A DNA stretch of 63,560 nt, filler included, from Octopus bimaculoides (taxonomy: Eukaryota), in NCBI RefSeq assembly GCF_001194135.2. It is 7 parts of 6 records of this genome, joined end to end, with 100 filler letters (N's around TTAATTAATTAA, not from the genome) between each part and the next. Parts side by side here need not be neighbours in the genome. Positions count along the whole stretch, not along the records: positions 15,114 to 35,370 come from NC_069004.1; positions 35,471 to 44,823 come from NC_069005.1; 5 more parts are not named here. One strand, written 5' to 3'. Within the stretch, counting starts at the first letter, position 1. The number at the start of each line of letters is the position of its first letter. A program made the position numbers and the translations under genes. Below are positions 27,434 through 38,475 of this stretch, in pieces. The notes beneath the pieces were generated by a model, which saw only the letters and a program-made list of their open reading frames with translations, was not told the DNA's origin and ran no database searches.

Positions 27434-27804
27434 TTAGTGTATGTTGGTGATAGAACAGCGGCTTGAGGACTTATCAGGACTGATGAATTTCACTTTGTTC
27501 ATCCTGAAATAGATCTTGTCATTAACTTCAAGATATTTTGTGGATATCAATTGTATCCTGGTATGTTCTGAGAAAGTTAAGGAATTTAAAGTTTCCTTTA
27601 TGTATTCATATTGTGTTCCATTCTTTCCCTCCAATGTCAAGAACATATGAAATGTAATAGTATTTTTTGGAATGTTGAGTTGAATTGTACATTCTATAAG
27701 GTAAATACCATCTTCAGGAATATAAATGAAAGTTCCACCAAGCAATTTAATATCCCCTTTACTCTGGTTCATAACTTTTATCCATTGTAAATTAGTTAGA
27801 CTCT
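27434..27804 (-). CDS. TNF-like gene B exon 4 (TNF homology domain)
   Basis: tttttccag|agagt acceptor; lies within ORF 27434-27817. About 38% aa identity to gene A exon 4 by hand alignment. Confidence 0.9.
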
Positions 27805-30800
27805 CTGGAAAAAACAAAAAAAAAACCAGACATAAAGTGTTGGAGTGTACACAGAATGAAATTATAGAAAAATGTAAAAGGTATATATGGTATACAAAAA
27901 AAAAAGGAAGAAGTATTCATAGTACACATCAGTAAAAAAAAAAAAAAAGTGTTTTTTCTGATACAGGAGGACCTCTAGGGTGGGGCAGTAGGGGCAGTTA
28001 TGTCTGTTGTAGGCAATCTGTACTCTCCTCCTCTTTTGGGTATCACTTGCCATGTTCCAACTCATTCCTCCTACTCCAAATCAATCCACATTAACTTTTA
28101 TTGATGCAATCGTTGGACTGGACTGCCTATATTCAGTCCACTGCAGGATGAAGACTTCAGCATATCCTCTCCACCAACCATGTTCTGATGTGGAGGCTGT
28201 GAATTTGAGCTTGAGACCATACTGGTTTGTTGATCCTGCCACACTGGCTCAACATGGCTTGGCAAAAGGGTGCTTTTTTTTTTCTTTTATACTTTTACCT
28301 AGGAGTAGATAAGTCAGTGGAGGCGCAATGGCCCAGTGGTTAGGGCAGTGGACTCGCGGTCACAGGATCGCAGTTTCGTTGTGAGTGTTTATCGAGCGAA
28401 AACACCTAAAGCTCCACGAGGCTCCGGTAGGGGGATGGTGGCGAACCCTGCTTTACACTTTCACCACAACTTTCTCTCACTCTTACTTCCTGTTTCTGTT
28501 GTACCTGTAATTCAAAGGGGCCAGCCTTGTCACACTGTGTCACGCTGAATATCCCCAAGAACTACGTTAAGGGTACACGTGTCTGTGGAGTGCTCAGCCA
28601 CTTGCACGTTAATTTCACGAGCAGGCTATTCCGTTGATCAGATCAACTGGAACCCTCGACGTCGTAAGCGACGGAGTGCCAACACAGATAAGTCAACTGC
28701 ATCAACTCCAATGCTTAACTGATACTTATTTTATTGACTCCGAAAAAGATGAAAGACGAAGTTGACCTTAGCAGAATTTGAAACCAGAAAATAGGGACAG
28801 ATGAAATATCCCTAAGCACTTCACCTGGTGTGCTAAAGCTTCTGCCAGCTAGTTGTCTTATTGATGTGATCTTATTGATGTTAAAATACTGAATATATTT
28901 ATTCTTGTTCACTGATGCGGAATTTGTTTTTTTTTTTGTTTTTTACACCTTCTCAATTTATGACCCATGTGACAAAGATCGTCCACACTTACGACCACAA
29001 AAAAAAAAAGAAAGAAAGAAAAAAAAAGAAAATAAATAAATAAAAATCGACTTTCAGACGTTGGGCAGGTACACGTACAATAACTGTGGCAGCATCTGGC
29101 AACGGAGGCCTCCCTCAGATCCCGGCATCCACTGTCTGCTACTGTCTCTCACTCAGTCGGTTTCAAGCATCAGTTGTGTGTGAATGGGAAAAGTGTTGTT
29201 GTTGATGGTGGTGGTGGTGCTGGCGGTAGTAGAAGCAGTAGCAACAGCAGTAGCTGTAGCAGCAGTTTGGCACATGTCTCTATTTGTTGTATTTGATCCA
29301 AATGTATAATTTCAATTATAGTTGACCCAAGTCTTTCAATATACTAATTAATGCTTACTTGTCATAATAGGTATATAATGGTAATATACTTCAACCAAAT
29401 GGAATAGTTTCCCCTCATTCTACAACAGCAGGACTAAACCCAAGTACATAACAGTAGCCTTTAGCATACGTCTATAATGAAAGTATTTTAATACTGTAAT
29501 AGTAAGAATTAGCTTAAATCTGTAATTTCAGTTATTTAATGGGCATAATTCAAATTATGAGAAAAAGGTGTGCAATAAATCTGAATAAATTAACTTACCC
29601 AACTCTTCGTAACCCTTTGTTTTTAGGTGTAACAAGGAATGGTGAACTGAAAGATTGGAAGAGAGAAAGCAGACAGTGAGAAGGATATATTTTGATATAG
29701 GTTCAATATCAACAGAAGACTATTCAAAGAAAAGAGCACCTCCTGATGTATTTCATATATTTAATATTTCAGATTATCATCTAATAAATAACTAAACAAC
29801 ATGTTAACAGTTTCATAATCATCATTATCATAAATAAAAATTATCTTCATGGAGAACAATAATTAACCATTTATTAACCATTAATGAAAGGGAGCCAAGA
29901 CTATATAAACATCTATATATTACACTCATCACAGTAGTTACATGAGCTTTAACATTGTCAGATGTACGGTAGCAATGCCTTGCTGAGACTGATAGTACAA
30001 TTCTAGTAAACGTGTACAGGAAGCTTCATCCTATCAAAGTGTCATCTAAAGCAGGGGTTTTCAAATTGTGGTCCGCGGACCACAGGGGGTCCGCAAGGAC
30101 AAGACAGGGGGTCTGTAGACAGCAAATACTTTTTATGGGCAATTTGATTTTATATATGTTTTTTAATCGAAATCTTTTAATTGACAATAAACCTATTTGT
30201 TAAATACTGTTAAATAAATAAATGTAAAAATATGTTATTTTAAGCAAATATTTATGTGTAAATTTAATAAGCGTTTATAAGGGGGTAGTAAAGCCTGAAA
30301 TATAAAGGGGTCCGCAAGTCAAAAAGTTTGAAAACCCCTGATCTAAAGCCATGCCCAATTAATTATTGTAAACATTTCATGATGTGGGTATTTTTTTCCA
30401 TTTATTTCTTTATGCCTGTAACTTTTCAAGTTGAAAGAATTGTTGCCTATTAAAATATTAAAATAGACTAATATATTGAGGACATGTTTAAAGATTTCAT
30501 TACTGTTACAATATATTAATGTCAGATGATTTTATAGACATATGAAATGAGAAACGATTACAATATATGTACTTACAGGGTGGAGAAGTTGGTGTCGTGG
30601 GCAGTGGTGAAGTTGTTGCCACAGGCTGTAGAGGAGGTGGAGGAGGACATTTCTTCTAAAGTAAAAAAATAAAGAGAGAAGAAGAGGCAAACTAAGATAA
30701 GAGGGTGACTGGTGCTATTTGTATTATTTCCATCATATTACTTTCTCTTTTAAGGTTTGTCATTGTCTGGTTACAATCCTGATACACTTGTTATATACTT

Positions 30801-32471
30801 TTACTATTGGAGGCGCAATGGCTCGGTGGTTAGGGCAGCGGACTCGCGGTTTCGATTCCCAGACCGGGCGTTGTGAGTGTTTATTGAGCGAAAACACCTA
30901 AAGTTCCACGAGGCTCCGGCAGGGGATGGTGGCGAACCCTGCTGTACTCTTCCACCACAACTTTCTCGCACTCTTACTTCCTGTTTCTGTTGTGCCTGTA
31001 ATTCAAAGGGTCGGCCTTGTCACCCTCTGTGTCTCGCTGAGTATCCCCGAGAACTACGTTAAGGGTACATGTGTCTGTGGAGTGCTCAGCCACTTGCACG
31101 TTAATTTCACGAGCAGGCTGTTTCCGTTGATCGGATCAACTGGAACCCTCGACGTCGTAAGCGACGGAGTGCCAACCACAAGAACAATACTTTTACTACT
31201 TTTGTCTTATACTTGATACACTCTTCTCACATTCACGTTAGTATTGGTCTCTTGTTACATATTATCTCTGTCATGTTACTGTGCTACACACACAAATATG
31301 TACACACACACACATATGAGAAGTAAAAGGAATCAACAAACGCAGGCAGATAATATTTTTCATTATAAATGATCTTGACAGTCTTTTTAAATATTCTTTT
31401 CACTCTACTGTTATTTTATTGCCATTTATTTCCGAGCATTATAAATTTTACAGGTAAAATATTTTTCTGGGAATAAATTACGATTAATAACACTGCTGCT
31501 ATGGGAAATTATTGCTCAGCTTTACAAGTTTTCACTTAACAAGCGGTCTCTGGAAACAAATTAATTCATATATCGAAATGTTACTGTATATACACACACA
31601 CACACACACAAATATATATACAGTGTGTTCACAAAGTCTGGGTACATGGAGTAAATAAAATCGTAACATAAACAAATATAAGAAATAATAATTTCTTAAA
31701 GTATGTGTTAATCCCCATGTGGGTACATGGAGTAAATAAAATCGTAACAGAAACAATTAAATATAAGAAATAATAATTTCTTAAAGTATGTGTTAATCCC
31801 ATGTGGGTACATGGAGTAAATAAAATCATAACATANNNNNNNNNNACAGAAACAATTAAATATAAGAAATAATAATTTCTTAAAGTATGTGTTAATCCCA
31901 TGTGGGTACATGGAGTAAATAAAATCATAACATAAACAATTAAATATAAGAAATTATAATTTCTTAAAGTATGTGTTAATCCCTATGTACCCAGATTTTG
32001 TGGACACCCTGTATAAAGCACTCAATGTTAAATGTACCTGGTTGACTATATGAAACAATTAGGTAGCAAAAAATGCAAGTAGAATTAGCATTCAAGGTAA
32101 TTTGTCATGTATGACAGGTAAATCCAAATAACACTACGAGAATTTCAAGAAATTCAGAGTAAAAGACAGCAAGAATAAGAATGGAGACAATCACATCTTT
32201 AACTGGTGATTACACCATACTTTACTGATAATTGTTTCTTTTGTGCCAACATATTTAGATACAGAAAAAATGAATAAAATTTCCACTCAAATTAATATAT
32301 CTGAAAATAGTGGCTGTGTGGTAAGTAGCTTGCTTACCAAACACATGGTTCTGGGTTCAGTCCCACTGCGTGACACCTTGGCCAAGTGTCTTCTACTATA
32401 GCCTCGGGCCAACCAAAACCTTGTGAGTGGATTTGGTAGACGGAAACTGAAAGAAGCCCGTCGTACATATG

Positions 32472-32508
<37 letters not shown>

Positions 32509-33597
32509 ATGTTTGTCCCCCCAACATCGCTTGACAACCGATGCTGGTGTGTTTACGTCCCTGTAACTTAGAGGGTTGACAAGACAACACATGCTCATGG
32601 AAACTAATGAACATTTATTTACATTATGTCTACCCAAAACGAAAGATTGCCAAAACAGCGATTTTTCGTTTCGATTTGCATGTCTGTCAATTTACTATGA
32701 TCGCTTTAACATAAGCAAAATCAAAATTTTAAATTGGGGAGGGGGCGGATTTGAAAAGGTGGAAAGTGCATTTTTCAAGGAGATGTGCAATTCTTCAAGA
32801 AGAGGTGCAATTACATTGACCTCCTAATATGAAACAAAACCCATTTTCTTTTTATCCAGAAAACGGGGTGGGGTGGAACCATTGGAAATTTCACCCCCTA
32901 CTCCCCCCCTTTTTTTAAAAAACAAAAATACGCGGAAAGAATACATTTCCGACAGCTTACGAGGTCTTCTAAAACGATTGCACCCCCCCCCCCAAAAAAA
33001 AACGCGAAAAGAAAATTATTTAGCACCGAACTTTAGTCTGGTATGAAACTATAAATTTACCGAAAGTTGTCTCATTTCTAAAAATAGAATGAGGGGAGAA
33101 CCGTCAAAACGGGGGAAACCCGAAATGACGACGTTGCTGCTANNNNNNNNNNNNNNNNNNNNNNNNNNNNNNNNNNNNNNNNNNNNNNNNNNNNNNNNAT
33201 AAATTTACCGAAAGTTGTCTCATTTCTAAAAATAGAATGAGGGGAGAACCGTCAAAACGGGGGAAACCCGAAATGACGACGTTGCTGCTAATGGTTTTAT
33301 GTGTGGGATAGTAAAAAATTTGGACAAATTTAAATGTACGACAATTATTCAAAAGCCTGCTGAAAGTAAATAAAGTTCGAGTTTTACCTGGGTTAGGCAG
33401 ATACAAACAAAAACAAGTATAATCAAACAACAAAGGCTTCCGTATTTATAATAATTTGAGTCGAGAATTTTCTGACATCTAGATTTAACTGATTTGTCTG
33501 GAGTAAAATTTCCAATTTCGTCCACATTTTGGAATGAGTTTTGTTGTTTATTGTTCGCATCTTGGTCCAAAAGAGTTAGTGATAAAGCAGGAGGCAT
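27434..33597 (-). CDS. TNF superfamily ligand-like gene B, complete 4-exon type II membrane protein (235 aa)
   Basis: Exons 33597-33388 (210 nt), 30655-30577 (79), 29646-29599 (48) and 27804-27434 (371) total 708 nt in one frame, all GT-AG. Protein: MPPALSLTLLDQD...YYKYGSLCCLIILVFVCICLTQ (TM) KKCPPPPPLQPVATTSPLPTTPTSPP (stalk) FHHSLLHLKTKGYEELESLTNLQW...IPEDGIYLI...SITNIH*. Confidence 0.9.
28319..28686 (+). mobile_element. SINE family C in gene B intron 3
   Basis: ggaggcgcaatggcccagtggttagggcag...gacggagtgccaac; flanked by an agataagtca duplication. Confidence 0.85.
29599..29646 (-). CDS. TNF-like gene B exon 3 (48 nt)
   Basis: ccaatctttcag|ttcacc...gagttgg|gtaagt; encodes FHHSLLHLKTKGYEEL. 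Confidence 0.9.
30052..30340. mobile_element. hAT-type MITE in gene B intron 2
   Basis: 14-bp perfect TIR caggggttttcaaa; perfect 8-bp TSD atctaaag. The paralogous empty site (single ctttagat) is at 16306-16313. Confidence 0.9.
30577..30655 (-). CDS. TNF-like gene B exon 2 (Pro/Thr-rich stalk)
   Basis: tttactttag|aagaaa...ccaccct|gtaagt; encodes KKCPPPPPLQPVATTSPLPTTPTSPP+t. Confidence 0.87.
30808..31185 (+). mobile_element. SINE family C in gene B intron 1
   Basis: Same family; flanked by a tacttttacta duplication. Partial copies at 36400-36603(-) and 37370-37545(-). Confidence 0.85.
31621..32011. mobile_element. Tc1/mariner-type MITE with internal tandem array (about 4 x 82 bp), in gene B intron 1
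   Basis: TA-flanked. TIRs cagtgtgttcacaaagtctgggtac / cagggtgtccacaaaatctgggtac (22/25). Units start gggtacatgg at 31640, 31721, 31805 and 31904. Confidence 0.8.
33388..33597 (-). CDS. TNF-like gene B exon 1 (cytoplasmic tail plus transmembrane signal-anchor)
   Basis: aaaaATGcct start; ends ...CICLTQ cag|gtaaaa in phase 0; hydrophobic segment GSLCCLIILVFVCICL. Lies within ORF 33349-33615. Confidence 0.85.
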
Positions 33598-33659
33598 TTT
33601 TGGAAGTTTTCGCACACTAGACGCAACACGGTGTTAGCAGCAGCGATTAAAACTAGTCT

Positions 33660-33694
33660 GAATGAATGAATGACTTCGTCAGTGAATTTAAATA
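33660..33694 (-). promoter_or_regulatory. TATA-like box plus Initiator core promoter of gene B
   Basis: Minus strand TATTTAAA (33694-33687) followed by TCATTC (33665-33660). The Inr A at 33663 is 31 nt from the first T of the TATA box and 66 nt upstream of the ATG. Confidence 0.6.
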
Positions 33695-34002
33695 CCGCTA
33701 CGTTTTGACGTTTCTCTTAGCTCCTCCTCTTCTTTGTCGTACTATACAAAAAAACGTGGTAGCAACACATCCACTTCCTTCCTGTTCTCTCACTCTCTCG
33801 TGCCTTTTCTCTCACCTTCTTATTTTCTCGTTCTCTCGTTCTTTATCTCGTTTTCTTCTCTCCCTCTCTCTCCTCCTCCCTCTCCCTCTCTCTCCTCCTC
33901 CCTCTCCCTCTCTCTCTTCCTTCGTATCAAATTTAAGGCCGTTTTACTATTTGCATTGACAACATAGTAAATTATGCGCCCACGTAATTTTAGTGCATTA
34001 CA

Positions 34003-34918
34003 TCAGGTTATCCCATAAGTTCTGTCCAATTTTACCTTTTTTAAAATTGAATGAAATTTAATAGTATTTTAGAATGTCTAATGGAATTAAAAATTATTTT
34101 TATGCATTTGTGTACATTTAAACTAATTAAATATTATTTTACAGAATAATAGAATTAAAATTTCTTTGATTAAAACCCTTTCTAACATGAAAGTATCCAT
34201 AGAGCATTTGAGGAACAAAATGTTTTATGAGTAGAAAAAGGAAACTCTGCAGCCGAAGCTACTCCAAACATACACCCAGTTTATGGGAAAGAATGCTTGA
34301 ATGAAAGAACTTGCAGAAGATGGTTTGCAAAATTCAGAAGTGGAGATTTCAGCCTTGAAAATGAAGATCAAACAGGACGTCCAGTTGAGTTTGATGATAA
34401 GCTCCTTGAGGCATTACTTGAAGAAAATCCTGCATTATCAGTTGAAGAATTGCCAATAAAGCTTAGTTCAAACCATACAACTGTTTATCGTCATCTTCAA
34501 CAACTTGGAAAGGTTCCTAAACTTGGAAAATGGGTGCCTCATCCTGAGTTGACATCTGCTCTTCTCTCCATTCTCGCGAAATCATTTCACCCTTTTTGGA
34601 TAGACTTGTGACTGGTGACGAAAAATGGATCTTCTATCGAAATGTTAAACGTCGTAAACAGTGGCTCTGTAAAAGGGGAAAAGCTCAACCACAACCGAGA
34701 AGGGAACTTCATAGGAAAAATGTTCTTCTCTCTATTTGGTGGGATTGCAAGGGAATAATTCGCTTTGAATTGTTACCACCTAATGTAACAATCAATGCTC
34801 AAGTTTACTCTCAGCAATTAGAGCGTTTGAACCAAGCTTTGAAGGAAAAAAGACCCGCTTTAGTGACTCGAAAAGGAGTGATGTTTCATCAGGACAATGC
34901 GCGACCCCACACTGCATC
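34003..34918 (+). mobile_element. Mariner transposon, decayed and 3'-truncated
   Basis: TIR-like end after TA (catcaggttatcccataag). ORFs with RRWFAKFRSGDFSL, GKWVPH, VTGDEKW, LLSIWWD and HQDNARPHTA; stop codon, frameshift and deletion present. Confidence 0.9.
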
Positions 34919-35370
34919 ACTCCTTTTCGAGTCCAGGGCAGGTAACATACTGGATCTCTGCTTCACAAATAATATGGATCTGTAGTGAAACTACCTATCG
35001 TCTCTTCTACCTATCGCCATTAGATACAAAACTGATATCGCCATTCTTCTCATTTAAATATAAACACACGCGAGCGTAGCAGAGAACATCAACCTTGTCA
35101 TCATGTGACTGATCATTATTCGAATCGGCAACTTCTTCGAACCGTTCCCGCCAGAACGCAAACTGACCAATCACAGCCCCTTATAAGGTCACATGATAGT
35201 GTTTTTCTGCTACCGTCTTGGAGCCCCCTTAACGCCTTAAATAGAGCAGCTCATACCCAACAAATTTGTCTCGGTCCAGTTTCTCTATAGAGACTGTTCC
35301 GTGTACCACACGACAGCAGCAGCAACAATCAGCCAGTGACCACTTCAACAGCTTCGTCCAGCCAACGATG
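34919..35370 (+). mobile_element. CR1/L2-like LINE fragment abutting the mariner
   Basis: RAGNILDLCFTNNMDL resembles the end of an APE endonuclease. Confidence 0.5.
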
Positions 35371-35700
35371 NNNNNNNNNNNNNNNNNNNNNNNNNNNNNN
35401 NNNNNNNNNNNNNNTTAATTAATTAANNNNNNNNNNNNNNNNNNNNNNNNNNNNNNNNNNNNNNNNNNNNAAATGGGGAGGTTTTCCGTGGAAAGAAAAA
35501 CCTACGAAAAGACCACGGTAACCTCGGTCCTTAGTGTCACAGTTTGTTAAATAAAATTTCTTTTATTTATGCAAGAAACGTAAGTAACTCTGTTTACAAA
35601 ATTTTGAAACGTTTTATAGAATCATGGTCAAGGTGGCTTCGTCATTTATACGTGCCATTCTTGCTACATGTATCCATCTTTTTTCGAAACACACACACAC

Positions 35701-35736
<36 letters not shown>

Positions 35737-35948
35737 GGATAGATAGATAGATAGATGGATAGATAGATAGACAGACAGATAGGTGAGTGGCATAGGAGTG
35801 GATGTGTGGTAAGATGCTTGCTTCCAAACAACACGGTTCTGGGTTCAGTCCCACTGCGTGGCACCGTAGGCAAATGTCTTCTCGTATAGTCTCAGGCCAA
35901 CTAAAGCGTTGTGAGTGTATTTGGTAGACGGAAACTGAAAGAAGCTCG

Positions 35949-35983
<35 letters not shown>

Positions 35984-36620
35984 NNNNNNNNNNNNNNNNN
36001 NNNNNNNNNNNNNNNNNNNNNNNNNNNNNNNNNNNNNNNNNNNNNNNNNNNNNNNNNNNNNNNNNNNNNNNNNNNNNNNNNNNNNNNNNNNNNNNNNNNN
36101 NNNNNNNNNNNNNNNNNNNNNNNNNNNNNNNNNNNNNNNNNNNNNNNNNNNNNNNNNNNNNNNNNNNNNNNNNNNNNNNNNNNNNNNNNNNNNNNNNNNN
36201 NNNNNNNNNNNNNNNNNNNNNNNNNNNNNNNNNNNNNNNNNNNNNNNNNNNNNNNNNNNNNNNNNNNNNNNNNNNNNNNNNNNNNNNNNNNNNNNNNNNN
36301 NNNNNNNNNNNNNNNNNNNNNNNNNNNNNNNNNNNNNNNNNNNNNNNNNNNNNNNNNNNNNNNNNNNNNNNNNNNNNNNNNNNNNNNNNNNNNNNNNNAC
36401 AGGTACAACAGAAACAGGAAGTAAGAGTGAGAGAAAGTTGTGGTGAAAGAGTACAGCAGGGTTCGCCACCATCCCCTGCCGGAGCCTCGTGGAGCTTTAG
36501 GTGTTTTCGCTCAATAAACACTCACAACGCCCGGTCTGGGAACCGAAACCGCGATCCTACGACCGCGAGTCCGCTGCCCTAACCACTGGGCCATTGCGCC
36601 TCCCTCGGTGACTGTATTAA

Positions 36621-36777
36621 CCCGTTGAATCCGCGATTATGCCTTAGCTCGGGAAGGCTGAAATAATTATGCTTTTGCCAATCAGTGAACGGCAAACATA
36701 AAATCACGTGACCACTCGCTTTCTGCGACTCCCGAACGAAACTGCGCCCGCTCAAGGGTACTCGTGGATTCAAAGAG
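36621..36777. mobile_element. piggyBac-type MITE (157 bp)
   Basis: TTAA on both sides; terminal inverted repeats cccgttgaatccgcga / ctctttgaatccacga. Confidence 0.65.
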
Positions 36778-38140
36778 TTAAACTATGACAGATGTTGGGG
36801 AAATAGCCGGGAAATTATATTAAACATCTCTAAAATATCTCTAGAGAAATGTGGCGAGCTGGCAGAATTGTTAACACGCCGGACAAAATGCTTAGCAGCG
36901 TTTCGTCCGAACTTATCTGTTGGGTTCAAATTCCGCCGAGGTCGACTTAGCCTTTCATCCTTTAGAAGTCGATAAAATAAGTACCAGTTTAACATTGAGG
37001 CCGACTTAATCGACTTAGCCCACTTCCCTGAAATTGCTGGCCTTGTGCCAGAATTTGAAACCAATATATCACTGTAGAAATTATCATTAGTATATCACAA
37101 TAGAAGTTAGTTCAAATATTAGTTTCGAATTTTAGCACTAGGCCTGCAATTTTAGGGGAGGTGTAAGTCAATTACATCGATCCCAGTATTCTACTTTATT
37201 CTATTGACCTCGAAAAAAATGAAAGGCTGAGTCAACCTCAGCAGAATTTGAACTCAGAACGTAAGGGAAGACGAAATACAGTTAAGCATTTTGCCCGACG
37301 AGCTAACGATTCTGCCATCTCGACTCCTTGAAGTAATTTTCAAATATCACTAATATATCACTATATAGAACTGGGACTCCGTCGGTTTACGACGACGAGT
37401 GTTCCCGTTGATTCGATCAATGGAACAGCCTGCTCGTGAAACTAACGTGCAAGTAGCCGAGTACTCCACAGACACGTGTACCTTTAATGTAGTTCTCGAG
37501 GAGATTCAGCGTGACTCAGAATGGGACAAGGCTGGTCCTTTGAAATACACGTGCCACTCATTTTTGTCAACCAAATTCCTAAGCCACGCGCCTTCACGAT
37601 TGCTATAGGGGTGATCATAAACATTAGTAATATCCTCAATTATTGCTGGATTTGGTAAGGCAGATATTCAGGTTATGCGTGCAATTAATTAAACCCTTTC
37701 TAGGTACAATCTCATGGTCATACGTGATCAAAAAGGGTCTTTACCTTTTTTACTTAGATAAGGAAAACAAAACTAAGCAGGAAAATTCCATTCTCTGCGA
37801 AATTAATTCCTACTTTCTGAGTTCAAATTTCGCCGAGGTCGACTTTACCTTTCATCCTTTCGGGGTCGATTAAATAAGTACCAGAGAGACACTGGGATCG
37901 ATGTAGTCGGCTTAATCCCTTCCCCCAACTTTCAGGCCTTGTGCTTCCAGTAGAAAGGATTTTGATATTCATTCAAATAAATCGATGATATCCCATGGAG
38001 AGCTGTATCTTAATTGTTTAGCATTCAAATTACTCTGTCAAATGTCATGTTTATTCATGCCCATTGTATGAATAAACATGACGTTTGCGATAAGTCATGT
38101 ATTATCTTGGAGCTTCGAGATAGCGACGATGTTTTTATTA

Positions 38141-38475
38141 CCTTCGCTAGGGCGGAGGTATTGTTTTCAGTCGTGTTTGTTTATTTGTTTGTTTGGTCCG
38201 TGGACAAGATATCTCAAGAACCGCAGGACGGATTCGGATGAAACTTTCAAGGATGTTTGGCCTTGTGACTGGCACGAACTGGTTAGATTTGGGTATCGAT
38301 CCGGTACCGGACAAGGATTCTGGATTATTTTTCCGGCTTTTTTTACTTAATCTTTGAGAGCGGTCGGGTTCCTTTTTAGTATTCTCGTTTATTTCAGGTA
38401 TTCTCATTTTAAAAATCATCTCCGACTAATCGTTGAGAGAACGTTGGCGTTGCCTTGGCGGAGGTTTGTGCTCTC
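38141..38475 (+). mobile_element. Helentron-associated non-autonomous element (HINE-like)
   Basis: taccttcgctagggcggaggtattgttttc...(tttg)n...ggattcggatgaaacttt...gccttggcggaggtttgtgctctccgagtgct. A second copy lies at 54195-54548. Confidence 0.7.

Noticed and set aside
31621-32011. Regularly spaced repeats resembling a CRISPR array
   Set aside because: The units are near-identical along their whole length with no unique spacers, there are no cas genes, and they are enclosed by TA-flanked TIRs.
33050-33291. About 92-bp exact tandem duplication in gene B intron 1
   Set aside because: The two copies flank an N gap, which is typical of unmerged contig overlap.
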